A DNA stretch of 64,000 bases from Isurus oxyrinchus (Eukaryota), in the NCBI GenBank assembly GCA_026770705.1, contig JANJGN010000003.1:96472001-96536000 (forward strand), in the 5' to 3' direction. Made by a program: the position numbers and the translations under genes. The stretch's first letter is position 1. Each line of letters starts with the position of its first letter. This document shows positions 62,335 through 64,000 of this stretch, one piece after another. The notes beneath the pieces were generated by a model. That model searched no databases. It was not told the DNA's origin and saw only the letters and a list, made by a program, of their open reading frames with translations.

Positions 62335-63956
62335 CGGAATATCTTAAAAATATTATCATAAATGAAAATAATTTAAGTATTGTTATTCTGCGATCTGCAA
62401 AATACTTAATCATGTCTTTGATTGTGATATTTTCTACAAGAATCTCTTATCACAGTAAATCTTAAGCTTATTAATCGCTTTATTGAAATTGGTCAAAAGA
62501 TAATATTTGTTTTCCAGCATCTGTTTCAATTTTATGTGAGCTGTTTATTAAAGCCACCTCCATTATGGTGAAGGAAGCCAATGGTAGGAGTTAGTTAAGT
62601 AGGTCAGGAAGGCAACATAGTCATAGAAATTAATCCCAGAAAATTCTTGACAGGAGATCCATAAAAAATAACGTACTGGGTGGTCAACAACTGTTTCCGT
62701 TTTTCTTGGTCTTATCAAGATTGTAAATCATCAAAGTTTCTTCAAAATGAATCAAGAAAATAAACCATTAAATTGATGTCCTGCTCTACTCTGGCTCAGA
62801 TATGTGCCACAGCTGAGAATGCTGGAAATGACAAAGGTGGGTAAGATTCTGCATTGTTGCTGAGGACCCTTGCTCCCTTGTTAACAATCTGCTTACGATT
62901 TTTTGAGCAAGAACGGCCAAGAGTTATAGGCGGAATGCACCGGAATTTCAATTATCTGCTATAGGTGATCGAAACTTCCCATCAGCAACACAGGCTCCTA
63001 AAATGACCCATAAAGTCTCTGAAGAAAAGAGTGATAAATCTTTTTTCTGAAGAATGCTTAATTGAATTTTCACATCACAGATATAAGCTGCTTATCATGT
63101 TTGCCAGGCCACTTGGATCCCTTATATAGTCACCAAGCAGATACATTTGGAGTCAACGATGCCGCATTAAATGGCTGTGAAATTATGCAGTGTGATATAT
63201 CACATGAACATTTAAGGAACGATGTTGCAAAATCACACTCCTGATGCAGACCTTTACTCCTAAATAGTGCAAACAGGAATTCGGACAGGTGGTCTTTACA
63301 GTTTTCAATCCTTTAGAATCCCGCTGGGAGCATGACTTTGTTAAATTGATCCTTAGTGTTTTAAATAAATGAATTTACACCTCTATCAAAATAGCAACAT
63401 GGAATTTCATATCAATGTCTTAAATGTTTCTATGATAATAGGGCAGAGTTTAATTTCAAGAGGAAAATGCTTTATTGCAATATCATTTAACACTTTCACT
63501 ATAAAGTCACTCTTTTCCTGTCATGCTGATCTTAGTTTGATGCTCAGCCAGAATATGTTTGTTGACATTGGCCAGTACTGGACAAGATTAAATTTGTTCC
63601 TTTTATGAGAGAATAATAAAGCATTTGAAGAACAGTGCTATAACCCAAAACATTAGTAATTTAACATGTCAAGAGATATGCATCACAGACTTGTGCCAGG
63701 TGTCATATTCTCTAAAATATGAGACTTCTTGCAGTTTTACTAAATGAAACCTACAGTATGGTAGGCAAATACCCAATGTGCATTATTACTAAAATCAAAG
63801 CTGGAACTTTAATATAGGGCTATAATGCATTCCTTGGCACAGGCACTTAGCATTGTTGAGCACTGAGGCCTACTCAGTGCTCAATGTGCAAATTTCGGGA
63901 GTGTAGGTGATGTCAATGTATACAGCCAGAGCATACTGTGGACAAGGATCATAATG

Positions 63957-64000
63957 GGGCTGCATTTTACATGCCCCCAATGTGTTTCATTGGGGAGGCA
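63957..64000. mobile_element. Possible start of another MITE at the window edge
   Basis: GGGCTGCATTTTACA resembles the GGGCGGAATTTTACA terminus. Confidence 0.35.

Noticed and set aside
62104-62465. CVCVCV and HTHTHT repeat proteins
   Set aside because: These are translations of the (TG)n microsatellite.

Overview
Eukaryotic, transposon-dominated DNA with no host protein-coding exon, rRNA, tRNA gene or CRISPR array that I can support. The repeat mix (CR1 LINEs with ATTCTRTG tails, a second CR1-group LINE sharing its 3' tail with a tRNA-derived SINE, Penelope-like GIY-YIG elements, Gypsy LTR elements, many PIF/Harbinger elements) suggests a vertebrate, probably a cartilaginous fish; that is inference. 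The window holds at least eight decayed Harbinger copies or remnants (HARBI1-like DDE transposase and/or an intron-containing Myb/SANT-like gene, convergent where both remain) and about ten Harbinger-type MITEs, several with 3-bp TSDs. Nested insertions are common. All coding remnants carry stops, frameshifts or truncations. The most interesting signals are: minimal hammerhead-ribozyme-like motifs with a non-canonical core in the Penelope terminal repeats; a duplicated transposase C-terminal module conserved between two Harbinger copies; a helically phased CTGTCA array inside a MITE; and a gag-protease-only LTR element. Coordinates were read by eye and may be off by a few bases, more where marked approximate.
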